Origin: Klebsormidium nitens
Taxonomy: Eukaryota > Plantae > Klebsormidiophyceae
Reading direction: 5' to 3'
DNA length: 64,000 nt
Assembly: GCA_000708835.1 (NCBI GenBank)
Contig: DF237113.1
Coordinates: 62,001 to 126,000, forward strand
Both the position numbers and the translations under genes were made by a program. Below the pieces are notes generated by a model. The model did no database searches and had not been told where the DNA came from. It saw only the letters and a list, made by a program, of their open reading frames with translations. This document shows, one piece after another, positions 48,901-60,425 of the stretch. The stretch's first letter is position 1. Each line of letters begins with the position of its first letter.

Positions 48901-49635
48901 AATCCTTTCTGGCCTGCGGCGAGCTGTCAGCAAGGGGTTGCTCGTCCAAGAAACACATTCCAAGACGTCGCCGAAAGGGGTTCGCTGATCACAAGGAATC
49001 GCTGGCAAACTTCTCTGTTTTTTTTATTTGTTATTCCTTCTGTCATCCGCAGCCTATTGCGAAAACGCTTTTAGCGGCCTTCTCACTTAGTGGTCCGCTC
49101 GATTAGAGACTCTCATACGGCATTCTTCGGGGCCACACTTTGAGTGGAACTTGGTGTTCTCGGGCAAGACTTGTCTTCCTTCGATAACAGCTATTTCAGC
49201 TGGCTGCTCTTTCCTCGTTCTTTTGCCTCTCTCTTGCTATTGCATATACCAGGATGCTGTGATAGCAACCAGTCATCAATCCGTAGATCGACACATGTCC
49301 AATTCTTTAGAAGACGCTGTAACAGGATACGCGTGTTCTTCTTCCGTTTAAAAAACTTTGAAATCTGCTTTTTCTGGATGCAGGCCATGACCAACGACAT
49401 GCTGTTCTGTTTAGAAGTGTACCGCCCGAGCGATGTACACTATGAAGACGTCAGCGTACCCGTGATTGTCTATCATGGCGACAGAGACACCGTGGTCCCA
49501 TCCGCGTGTGCGACGTGGATGAGGGACGTGATGCCACGTTGCGAAGTTGTAATAAAACAGGGGGCGACCCATAGCATACTGCTCGATATGGCATTCATGA
49601 CTGACGTAGTACTTCCTTATTTCTGTACAGAGTAG
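45926..49635 (+). CDS. Alpha/beta hydrolase (Abhydrolase_1-type)
   Basis: Exons 45926-46069, 46671-46839, 47199-47380, 48433-48648, 49384-49635 (TAG), phases compatible. Motifs: ISYSEVGD, ICVDRPGRGKT, nucleophile elbow GHSCG, acid in YHGDRD, His in GATHS. The start may extend upstream of 45926. Confidence 0.9.
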
Positions 49636-51140
49636 GCCATAGATGGTCGATCGAGCTAGCGCGTTTCGTTCGTGTATGTTTAGCCTCGAGAAAACATAGG
49701 CGTAATAGAAAAAAGCTCACGTGATCACGTGATTGCAACATTACTGCCATTGCTTAACAGTCAAAAGGTCGTTGTATCTTTCAGACATCATTCAAGAGAT
49801 AGACTCAACCAATTTAGAACCAAAGGATCATGCAGGAGCTTAATAGAACGGTCGGTCTCAATATGGCGCATGCAATTATACCTAACATTTTTCTCAAAAT
49901 CATACCGGCCTCTTAGTATCATGCACCATGGCGCGGCGGCGAGTCAAGCCTGAGGTCTACTTCCAACTTAGCGATATATCTACTTTTGCAGTAGACCTCA
50001 CTATAGTCAAGCTGGCGGCCTACTGATACCGTCCCGGCGCATGCCACATATACAACGTCAAAGTGAACAGTCGGAGCCAATCCAAACAATCGCTCATGTG
50101 CACGCGGCGTGTCTCGCCGGCGTTTGCACGGATTCCATGTACGTGCCTCAAGTGCAGCTAACAACGCTAGCCGGCGCGCAGATATGAGGCTTGCTATATG
50201 CGCACATTGATTGATTGGCTTATATGCGTCATGCAATGATGGTTGTTCGATTGAAACCGTCGGATCGCCATGCTTGTTTCGCCTTACTGAAATTTGGTCG
50301 CAAGAGCTAAGACTACTAGGTAGTTACGATTTAGCTAGGCCAGGATCGAAGTAATTACTGGCATACATGACTGCATGGCAACTTCGACGCAACTTCGAGT
50401 ATGTACACTGGTGACTGTACACAATTCAACACATCGAATATCTGTACGAAAAGCTGCAGTCAATCCTTATATCCTGTATTATGACATGAGCAACGGCAGA
50501 CACGAGATTTCAAATAGTATCGACGAGTCTGTTCAAATGATTACACCCTTACATGCAAGTCGACCTAGCTCAGGGTGCTTCAATCGACCTTGCAGATGCC
50601 AGCCTGGGCGCGCGATCGCGGACTTGACATTCCCCCGGGTCGGGCCAGAGCATCGTCCAGTGACAAAGATGTTCCCGCCAAAAGACGGCGCCAAAAGTGA
50701 TTCAAAACGATGGCCAAAGCTTGCGATCATCCTGATCCTCGATTTTCAGGCCAAACACATCAGCAGCACATTCCCTAAAAAGTTCGAGCGCGCAGACGCG
50801 CATCTCAGGCATCACGCTGCCTCTGCCGTCAACTGGTCATCAACAGCAGATCGCTTTGGTAAGTCCTAGCCGTGTCCCAGCTGATCGAGCGCGAGGGAGG
50901 CGTTGGCCAGCAAGAGGTGGTGCTTACGTTCCCTCGGTGACTATTCAGAGAGTCTGGACTGCCGTGACCAAATCTTCCAAGAAGCGACCCTCGAAGGTGG
51001 TTGGCGTCTTCACTGCACAGCAAATTGCTCATTTCATATATTGACGCTGTCCACTAGAAGTCAATGTGTATACATACTCAGACTGCCATCCTCGAGCTGC
51101 ACATAGGAGGAATCAAAGACGGCAGCGGCATCCTGGGGCC

Positions 51141-54100
51141 ATGACGTACAAGGGCGTCGCGCTTAGAAAGAGATCAGGAGGCGAGAGATGGGAGACTTAT
51201 CTGACAATAAATTCAAGATTTGTTCCTCTAGGCACCTATTCGGACCAGGAAGAAGCTGCGAGAGCACGTGACAGGTTAGCAAGGACCTTGATTCCATCAG
51301 ACTTTCACCTACGAGGTTATGGGGACATCTTGGATGAGGCCTGCATAATTTCCTTCGGGAAAAGCAAGGTTTCGGTATTCAGAAGGCTATAGAGCCACAG
51401 CAATGCAACGTTCTATCCAGAATGAGAATGAGTCGATGACTTGTTTCCCACTGCAAAGTTAGATGGAAAATCATGGCTTTTAATTTTCTATCAATGCTAC
51501 AAGAATCCGAAGCAGGCTTTCTGCAGAAAGGCTACTGCACCCATAGGAAGCTGCTCTACAAGTGCTGTCCACAAAGTACACTGTATCTTTTAGCGAGCAA
51601 ACCAATCACTGCGTCTTTGCAAGGCTTGCAGTAGGGGTCTGGTAGAGTACTGGATTTTGGTTTCTTTTTAGGGGTGAGGAGAACGCTGCCGTTTGAGAAA
51701 GAAACGAAAGGTTGCTGTTTGCAGGGGGGCGTACAAACTCCTGGGACCCGCTGCCCAGCTCAACTTTCCGCTGTCAGAGGAGGAGAAGGCCGCGCTGGAT
51801 GGCATGTCAGAAGAGGATTTTCTGGCGTCTGTGAAGAAGAGGTCTGTGGAGAGGAGCTTTTCAAAGGGGACCTCAAAGTACAGAGGCGTCAGTTTGGAGA
51901 GCGGAAAATGGGCGGCGAACATCCGCATCAAGGGGGTAAAGAGACGCATTGGGAAGTTTCACACTGAGGAAGAGGCTGCGGCCGCTTATGATGCCGCTTT
52001 GATCGAGCGAGACGGCCCGGGGGCTCTGACAAACGCTGCTTTCCCCTCCGGCTTCTCCAAGGAGGCTCTGAAGGAGAACCTGAGGCTTCAAGCTCAGCGA
52101 AGACGGGAACTAGACTTGGAAGATGAGCAGAAGGATGCGGAAGACGATGAGCAAGATGAAGACGAACTTGGACGAGCAGGTAAAGTCTTTTACGCACTCT
52201 GAAGAAGAAGACTTGGCACCAAGCTCCTTGGAGGAGGTTCGCAGAAGAATGGTCTCTTTGAAGCTCAGTACACAGGACAAATATAGGGATTGCATGTTTC
52301 GCGAACACTACTAGCAGAGTCTAATTCTTTTAATGCGCGCCTGGAAGGTTCTTGATTGTCTGGACTCTGATTCGATGATCTTGGAGATTCTTCTGTCAGT
52401 CGGTCTTGTCGCTGATGCAGATGTCGGGAAGCACAAGAGCAGGAAAGAGAGACTTCGCAAAAGGCAAGCCGTCAGGGAAGGTGGCCTGGATGGCACCGAA
52501 GGTACGGAGCAGGCGCAAACTGGAGCAGCAGGTATGCTCGCCTACAAATTGCATGCTCAGCAGCATTCTGGGAGCAAACAATGCATCGACTTGCATGAAC
52601 CTTACATCGCAGCTGTCTCACGAAGCGTTTGTTTGCTTCGATTTTGCAGATGGCGAGACGACTGAAGAAGCTGCCCATGGTGAGGACTGCAAGGAGGCAG
52701 ACAGCGGGACCTCGGACACAGAGTCAGGTGATTGATTCGAGATTTGAGATTATTTGAGAGCATTACGAATGATCTTTTCTTATTTTGCACTTAGAGAATG
52801 CTTCTTGATCACCATAACTTCTCTCTTCGCTTTACAAAAACGGCTGTCCCATGACAGACATTAACGATTCACGACCTTACATCTTGAGCATTGGTTGGGT
52901 GGAATATTTCTTCTTCGAATCATCTTTGATCTAGATCTGGAAGCATTGAAACTTTTTGTACGGATCTGTGCACAACATGCCTCTCAAGCTTCTGACTTGA
53001 TGTAACGCATCTATTGCAGAGGCCAGCGACGACGAGTTGGACCTTTCAGAGGACGACGAGGAACCCACTCCAGAAGAACTTGCAATGGATGAGCAAGTCT
53101 GGCGGCCGACTATTTACAGGTAAGACAGCTACTGGAAGCAGGTTTGTCTTCTCGCCATAGAGGAGGGATTGCCGTAAGGCTACTTCCGAGCAGCAGAGTA
53201 CGCGTTCCGTCCAGTTACCAGAGCAGATACACAGACGTTGAGCAATTAACTCGATACTCCCTGTTTCGCACATGGAAAACAAACTCATTTCTCTTGGCGC
53301 TCTTTGCTCTCGCACTGTGTTTTGTCCTTTTACGGTTGAAGACGACTAGTACTCTGCAGAGATCATCCAATTGGTTTGTTCCATCAATTGCAGCGAGCAT
53401 TTTCTGAGACTGGGCGCTGCCGCTGAGGCCAGGGGCCTGCGCGTACCAGCGGAACTGAGCAGGCAGATCAAGTGAGCAGATGGAGGTCCATTCAATTGAG
53501 ACCTGCGCTGAAGAAAGGAATCATAATGCTGGAGTTGACACGCACGAAGCTATCACCACAAGCTGCCCTCAACAGGCTGAGGAACAGGCCGGTGCCGACC
53601 GCGCAATACATGCTTGCTGGAGAATTCTGTATACTGTTTAGAATCGGTTATTTGGACCCTACCATACCTACACTGCAAATCTCCCTATTTCTGTTGCTGC
53701 AGCCTCTGAATTTAGGAGCTCTTAGCCGCCACAATATATACCGAGGTATTGCGTACGCTGCTAAGGCCTTGTTTTATCTCGTGCAGGGAATGGAAGGATA
53801 TAATGTCAGCCGAGAAGGCAGAAAGTGGTTCTGAGGCACAGAGTACACAGGGCGGAGGTAAGAAGATTCTGATGGCACAAGGCTCGACTTAAAAGCGGAA
53901 AGGAGCTTCTCTGTGGTGTTGTTCGGGGTCACATTCTCATGTACAGCTATAAGCTGCCTACGAATAACCATTTCTTGCACGCATCAAGGATGTATCCTTG
54001 TCAACTTTCAGCACTCTCTCCGAAAAGAACAGAGTCACTCCTTTGGACTCAGAACTCAGTTCCTTCGAAAGAGCAAGTGGAAGAGACTCTCCTCTTTTCT

Positions 54101-57100
54101 TCGATTGACTCTATATCTTCATTCCAACGTCGGATTCACTTCTCCTTTTAGACTCTACGAGAAACGAGCCCTGAGCGCAAACAGCACAGCAAGAAATAGA
54201 TTCTTTTGCTTTTTAAGGCAAGCGGCTATTCGCTGCCAATTCTCCTCACATCTTTAGAATTTCTATCTGTATCTTTTGCAGAGTTTACTGGGCTTGGCCC
54301 TTTCGGCAACTGGCCGTTCGACGAGGAGCTCCTGAGCCACGCCGTCTTCATTCAAGACCTGGACACCGACGTCATCAGAGTTGACGTCAGCCGGGCGGCC
54401 TTCGAGGCGGCCGAAGCGCGGGGCATCTGCAGAAAGAGTGACGTCATCGGAGGATTATACAATCTGAATCAGGCGGAGCGTCATCAAGAGGACGGGGAGG
54501 AGTCAGAGTGGCCATTCCAGGTAACCTTAACTACCAGAGATGCTAGAAGCAGTTCTTCCCAGACGTAGCTGTCAACTATGTCAGGTTCAATAGCTTTGAG
54601 ATCTGTCCCATACCAGCAGCAAACCTTTTGCTGAGCGCCCCGTACAACATCTGATAACCTGTGCCACCTATTCTAATGTTCTCTTTATGCAAGCAAGAAC
54701 AGCGTGTAAAACTTTCAGAGACCAATTTATGAGAGAAAGTGTTTTTTGATTTCCGACGTACTCTTCATTTTGCTGGATAAGTTGTTCCCTGCACTTCATC
54801 GATCCCAATGCTAACGTCCGACGCCCGTCCGACCCTAACGTCGACCGCATCTGGACTGACGTCATCGAGAAGGCGCCTGAGGGCTTCTCTGACGAAAAGA
54901 ACGCACTGCGAGCGGAGTTTGCGCAGCTGAGAGAAGGGGCTTTGGAAGGCATCACTTCAATCACGGAAAAGCTGGAATACAGAAGAAATACTGCGAGGTA
55001 CGTGACAATCAGCAAGTGCGAGACGAATGGTAAAAGACTGCACAATCTTCTGTGAAACATCTCAGAATATTACTGGCCGCTGGATCTTATCAGCATCTGA
55101 GCGCTTTTCGAGGTTAGAGCTGGTAAATGAGACAATTCACGACCATATGTTCTCCTCAGTGTCCCGTTATGTCTAAAATGGCGTATTAGATCAGCTCACT
55201 TTGTGACTTGGAAGAAAAACCGGCTTTGAGTCGCGTCAGATTGTCTACCATCTGAGTCTCGAAATCTGCAGTGAAGTGGGCGACAATCCGATGGCAGCGT
55301 TCCTCGAAGGAATGTACGACGAGTTCACCGACCAGGATCCAAATTCCGGCGCCGGCCAAGCCACCCTCGAGTTCCTGGATGACGTCATGGCAACCGGTTG
55401 GGACTGCTACCTGAACCCGCGCCCGGGGCGAGACCCGCGGATCATGGACTTTGAGCCAGGGTTTAAGCGGACCGACGCGGAGCACGCGGCCGCGATGCGC
55501 GCGCTGAAGCCGCCCGCGCCGCTGATGGCGCGTCTGGTGGAGAAGGAGGAGAGGAGGACGAAGAAACGGGAGCGGCGCGGCAGAGTGAGGAATTATAACA
55601 TTTGGGTTTCTGCTATTTGCCGAAGAGAGATTTAGGAGCTTTACCAGATGGACTTATCAGAAGAGACACGGTTTTCTTTCAGAAGTGGGTGAGCCTCGAA
55701 GCTGGGTTAGGGAGATCTTTGGCACAGACAGATACCAGGACTCCTCGTCCACTGTAAGATTGGAAGAGGGTCACATCGTCGAACTTTGATTTTTGAATGA
55801 TGGAGAGGTCTGGAAATTGTCCATTGGGTAGACCCTTCTGACTCACTGTGCAGCTTCTGAAAGGAATGTGCCTGGCCGAATAAATTTCCGATTCGCTTCC
55901 TCCTCTTGTCGTTCCCAGAGTGAAGCGGTTGATGAGTTCTCCGCGGATCCACAGGAGGCTCCCGCGTTTCCCTGGGGCAACGCTGCGGAAGAGCAGCGAC
56001 CGGAAGACGTCTCGGAAGAGGAGTGGAGCGAGGAGGACGAGCGCGAGGCGAAACGTCGGAAGAGAGAGTGGGCACAGGGCTACTACACAAAAGGTGAGGC
56101 AAATCAGCGCGGCTGCCGCAATTTATTGCTGACGTCATCTTCAACCAACCCCCGGGCAACTGCCGCAGACAAAAGCAGTTGTAAGATGGTATACGGCCGC
56201 TGGCAAGCGGCAGCGTTCTCCGATGATTCCTATCAGAGTAAATGTGAGAAGCGCCAATGCTTCGACGAGAGTACCCCGTCCGCGTTCTGGGAGCAGTGAA
56301 CAACTCTTTATGTCACGTACCAATCTTTTCCGAGTGCTTAGATGTGCTCGAATCGCATGAAAGCACTGCCTGACCTGTCAGTTGTTCTGGCTGAGAAGCA
56401 CCGAGATGCCCAGTCAAAGTACTCGATGCACATCAAATATCGAGAGAATGAGGGTTTTAACTTTCAAAGATCAGGGCATCCAGATATTCACACGTGTCGT
56501 TCGTGCAGAGGACCGCAAGAAGGGGTGGACGCGTGCAGCCGTCGATCTCGCCGAGAAAGGTGAGAGGCATTATTCGCGTTCTGCGGGGGCGCGCAGTGAA
56601 TTTTTGTCGAGTCCTTGCAGAAAGTCGTGGCTAGTTCGTGACGCTGAACGTTACGAAATCAACTAGCACTCTTCAGGCGCGTTTCGACGACACTTCAGCT
56701 CCTTCGGTGGTCCGAAGCGTACCTGTGGCAGCAGGGCTGAGTTTTTGTAGGACACGTTGATGAGGCGTAACGATACTGATGTAGATTCTCCAGGTAATAA
56801 CAGATTCGATCGTCGAAAGTGTCCTAGGATCCGTGCAGCAAGCTCACTGCGAAGCTATCAAGCTCGACGGTAAGATGTATGTGTTGGGCGGTACAAAAGC
56901 GCAAAGTCCTCTTGTCCTTGAGCTACTATTATAAGACAGATTCTTTACACAATCTCTATGTACAGTGTACGGAACGAAAGACTTTGGGCTGGTTCGTCGC
57001 CAGCTGTGTGCGCTACTGGAAGGCCGCCCGCGCGAAGAGAAGGCGCCTGACTCAACCAAGCCGCCCCCAGAGAAGGCTGATCCTGACGACCCAGCCTTGC

Positions 57101-57114
57101 GCAGAGAGCCGTGA
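51141..57114 (+). CDS. AP2-family transcription factor with two AP2 domains and an AP2/ANT-type linker, plus a long acidic/charged C-terminal region
   Basis: Exons about 51141-51274, 51725-52179, 52421-52531, 52650-52727, 53020-53119, 53409-53471, 53787-53857, 54282-54520, ~54790-54997 (5' boundary unresolved), 55271-55584, 55918-56093, 56470-56559, 56828-56890, 56966-57114 (TGA). R1: YKGV...RWETYL...LGTYSDQEEAARARDRGAYKLLG..A.LNFP; linker MSEEDFLASVKKRS..FSKGTSKYRGV; R2: KWAANI...IGKFHTEEEAAAAYDAA. 5' end uncertain. Confidence 0.8.
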
Positions 57115-58041
57115 ATAGGTCATGCAGGAGAACACTGAGTGCTTCTAGACTGGTCCTGTCAATCGAGTAGACGGTGGAAGATGACGTTCATGGCCGATAA
57201 CTGTAGCACATCTCAGAACCTCAATCAAGCAGGCTGACTGATCAATGACTTGGGTTCGAGTCCGTGTTGCAGCTCAAGGCAGAAGACAGAAGACAAAGAA
57301 CACAGTATACTAACGCGTCCGGATGGGTTGGCCGGAAGGTCCTACGCAAGTTACCGACGGATTAACGTGATCCGAAAGAGCTTCCATGAAGAACTTTCAT
57401 GCACGTGCATGCATCCCATTGCGCCATGTAGTGGCTGAGTCAGCTATAGTGCAGAACGCGACCACGTGCGTTAGTGCCAGAGTTAGCACAATCGAGATAA
57501 TGAGATAGATGCACCGACCGCACGTCGGCATCGAGCTCAAATTAAATCATGATCGTGGTCATACGGATCAGCCGGGAGCTCACGGAGTCGATAGAAGTTA
57601 CCTGATGTCGGGCTTTCAAGTTTGATAAGATTCAGATTTTTGCTTTCTTAAGATGTGTGAGCTTCATTAAATCACATATTTTTGGCGGCCCTTCCTCTCA
57701 ATCTCTTGGCAAATGTATCTATATTATCAATGTCAAGATAAAACTCAATGTCAAATCTATCTCGCATATACATACTATATTATCTGTAAGTATAGGTCTT
57801 GTGTAAAAATGTACGGTCTTCCCAGAATGTACAAAAGTAGAATGCATCCTACACACGGGATAATACTCCCGATGTTTTCGAACCAAGACTCCAATCTCCC
57901 TGATTATCCAAACACAATGCCAAGCCCTTTTTACACACTTCGTCACTGCGCACTAATGCACTCACATAAACACTCATTTACGCTAATTGCACAACATGAC
58001 GATGCCTTCGACCGGCCACGCCTGACCGGGTCATTTTGGCC

Positions 58042-60425
58042 TCATTCGCTTCCGGGGGCTTTGACCGGCCAGAACTTGCCAAAGTGGGTGACGAAGCCCT
58101 CGAAGATTGTGCCGCCCACAAAGACGGTCAGGAAGTACCACCACTCGTAGAAAAGCAGGTCGCGGGGGCCCGACTGGGCAGCGTCCCAGGCACCGTAGTA
58201 GAGGGCCAGAGCGCCGGCACCCAGGATCGGAATCTGCGCATACGAAGCTAGTGGTCAGGAAAAGGAGCGGAACGGAACGGAACGGAACGGAACCAAGTCG
58301 GACGGAACGGGATGTAGGCGGGCAGCGTCCAGAGCGCCGGCGCCCAGGATCGGCATCTGCACGTTCGAAGCTTGCGGTCAGGAACGGAACGGACTTGGAC
58401 GGAACGGAATCAGTGTGGGCAGCATTTCAGGCTCCGTAGTAGAGGGCCAGAGCGCCGGCGCGCAGGATCCGAATCTGCGCACACGAAGCTAGTGGTCCAA
58501 GGAGCGGACAGGAATTGAGCGGAACGAAATCGATCTGGGCGCCGAGGATTGAGTTCTGCGCATGCGGAGCCATCTTAGAAGTCCATGTCGGAACGGCATT
58601 GAGCGAACGGGAATTGCAGACGGCGCCCGCAATCGGGATCTGCGCATGTGAAGCCGGTGTCGCGGTTAGCGCGCGGAATAGCTTTGAACGAAACGGTATA
58701 AGCGGGGGGCGCCCGACGTGAGAGTCCGCACAAGTGTAGCCAGTATCACGGTCAACGAACGGAACGATTGTGAGCGGCGCCCAGATTTGGAATCTGCGTA
58801 GGCGAAGCCTGTGGCATGATCAGGGAGCGGAATGAACGGAATTGCTAGAGAGGTAAGGGAAAGCGTTGCCAAAATAGAGAGAGCTGCAAGGAAAGGGTCC
58901 CGAGAAGCGTCTAACGGAGCCACTTTCTTGACGGGGCTTTCAGCTGGCACGCTGGGGAGAAGCAGCTACTGACAGAAATGCCATGGAGAATTGTGAATGA
59001 GAATCTCAACGTCAAAGCCAAGGGAATGAAGCAATGAAAGCGTGCAAGCGCGGGAAAAAGGAGGGAGGAAAAACGATCTGTATCCACCTGCTTTCATAGG
59101 TGTCCAGAGTGGTTGGTCACGACATGAAACGCAAAGGGAGGAACAGACAACCCTCAGGAAAGGGGCGCGGGAGGGGCCGGGGGTAGGAAATCCAAGGCAC
59201 AAGAGTGTAAGAAAAGTGCTATCAAATTGCTTGCTGGATTGTCCAAAGTAGGAGGAATCGGTCACGATGTGGAGTCCACGGGGAAAGTACGTCAAAGAAC
59301 TCTTGAGGCAGGGAAGAGTGAAGGGAAAAAAAGCGGTGGAACGTCCTGAGATAATGGTACGAACCTGCTTCCAGAGGTGCACGAAGTGGATCTGATTGGT
59401 CACAATGTGGAAGATGTGCTCGAAGGCCGTCTGCGCCGTGCAAAACGCGAGCAGCAGCACGATCGGTTGGCGAGTGGGGTCGTTCCAGAACATGACGGTC
59501 GGGATGAGGAAGTTGAGGGTTGCGAACAGGTGGCCGAAGCTCTTGTGGAACGTGATGTTGTTGAGCGTGACGTCATACTGGGGGTACGTGGCGGAATTGT
59601 TGGCGCCGGGGGCGGTCGGGAGGCCGAAATGGTGCTGCCACGGGTCGCCTGGAAGCGGGGTATCACGGTCTCAGGATTTTAGGATTTTAGGATTTCCTTA
59701 TCTTTGGAGATTCGGATTTCTTGGGGCAGCAGATTTTGAGCCTTTGGTTTTCAAGGTTGCCTGACAGATGAAGGCTTGGGGAGTTTAGTGTTTTGAGGGT
59801 TGAAAGTTTCACCGAATTAGAACAGGTATATTAGGGGGGGGTAAAAGTTCGGAGTTTTGGGGGCCAGCCCCAAATGATTCTGTCAGATAGCGCCTACAAT
59901 AGACAAGTAGACCCTTACCCTTAGCAAGGGGCCGTTCCGCAAGGCTCTAGCCAAGGTGTTGAGCGCTGCTCCGACAAGGGTCCCTGATGCTCCCCCCATA
60001 TTTCCTTACATGCAGCCTGGATTTTGAGTAAGGGCTCACAGGATACCAGACCTTGCATTGCACCAGCACACAATTTCCCTTTACTGGCTCTGCCCTTGCA
60101 AGCCTGCCTCTGCCGCTATCTATGATCAGTGCCTTCTGAGTGCTTCTCGTAGTCCTAATGCAACTGTTCTTATTGTAGTGCTAGATGGAACAAAGTTGTA
60201 AATGTAGTTCAGGTGCCGCAAAGAATCCCCTTTGCAGGAACCCCGTCTCAGCTACTCACCTCTCTTGCCCCAGCCAGGCTTGCCAGAGAATTCAAAGAGT
60301 GTCTTTGGAAAGGACACTCCAAATCGCGTAGCATCCTCAATCACAGCCTCAGAAGGGAGGTCTCCACTTATGGCTTCGTTTGGTGAGGTGGCAGTCATAC
60401 GCACTTTGGAGCGGCCTTGAGGGAC
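58042..60425 (-). CDS. Uncharacterised His-containing multi-pass membrane protein (5'-partial model)
   Basis: Phase-compatible exons 60425-60260, 59648-59365, 58233-58042 (TGA): ...KPGWGKRGDPWQHHFGL...FHKSFGHLFATLNFLIP...FEHIFHIVTNQIHFVHLWKQIPILGAGALALYY...FEGFVTHFGKFW. Candidate upstream exons near 61160-61225 and 61790-61875 are not resolved. Confidence 0.7.
58240..58850 (-). repeat. Array of ~6 decayed copies of the last acceptor plus exon head, interleaved with (GGAAC)n microsatellite
   Basis: Forward-strand atctgcgca..cgaagc units with the minus-strand AG at 58234-35 (real), 58357-58, 58475-76, 58556-57, 58640-41, (~58725, AG lost) and 58794-95. The copy near 58435-58495 repeats ccgtagtagagggccagagcgccggc. 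Confidence 0.88.

Noticed and set aside
49951-50000. 10-bp stem hairpin tgaggtctac...gtagacctca
   Set aside because: Too short to support a MITE, terminator or RNA call on its own.
58240-58850. Repeat-spacer-like arrays here and at 4470-4879 considered as CRISPR
   Set aside because: Eukaryotic introns, no cas genes, degenerate units that copy the adjacent splice acceptor and exon.
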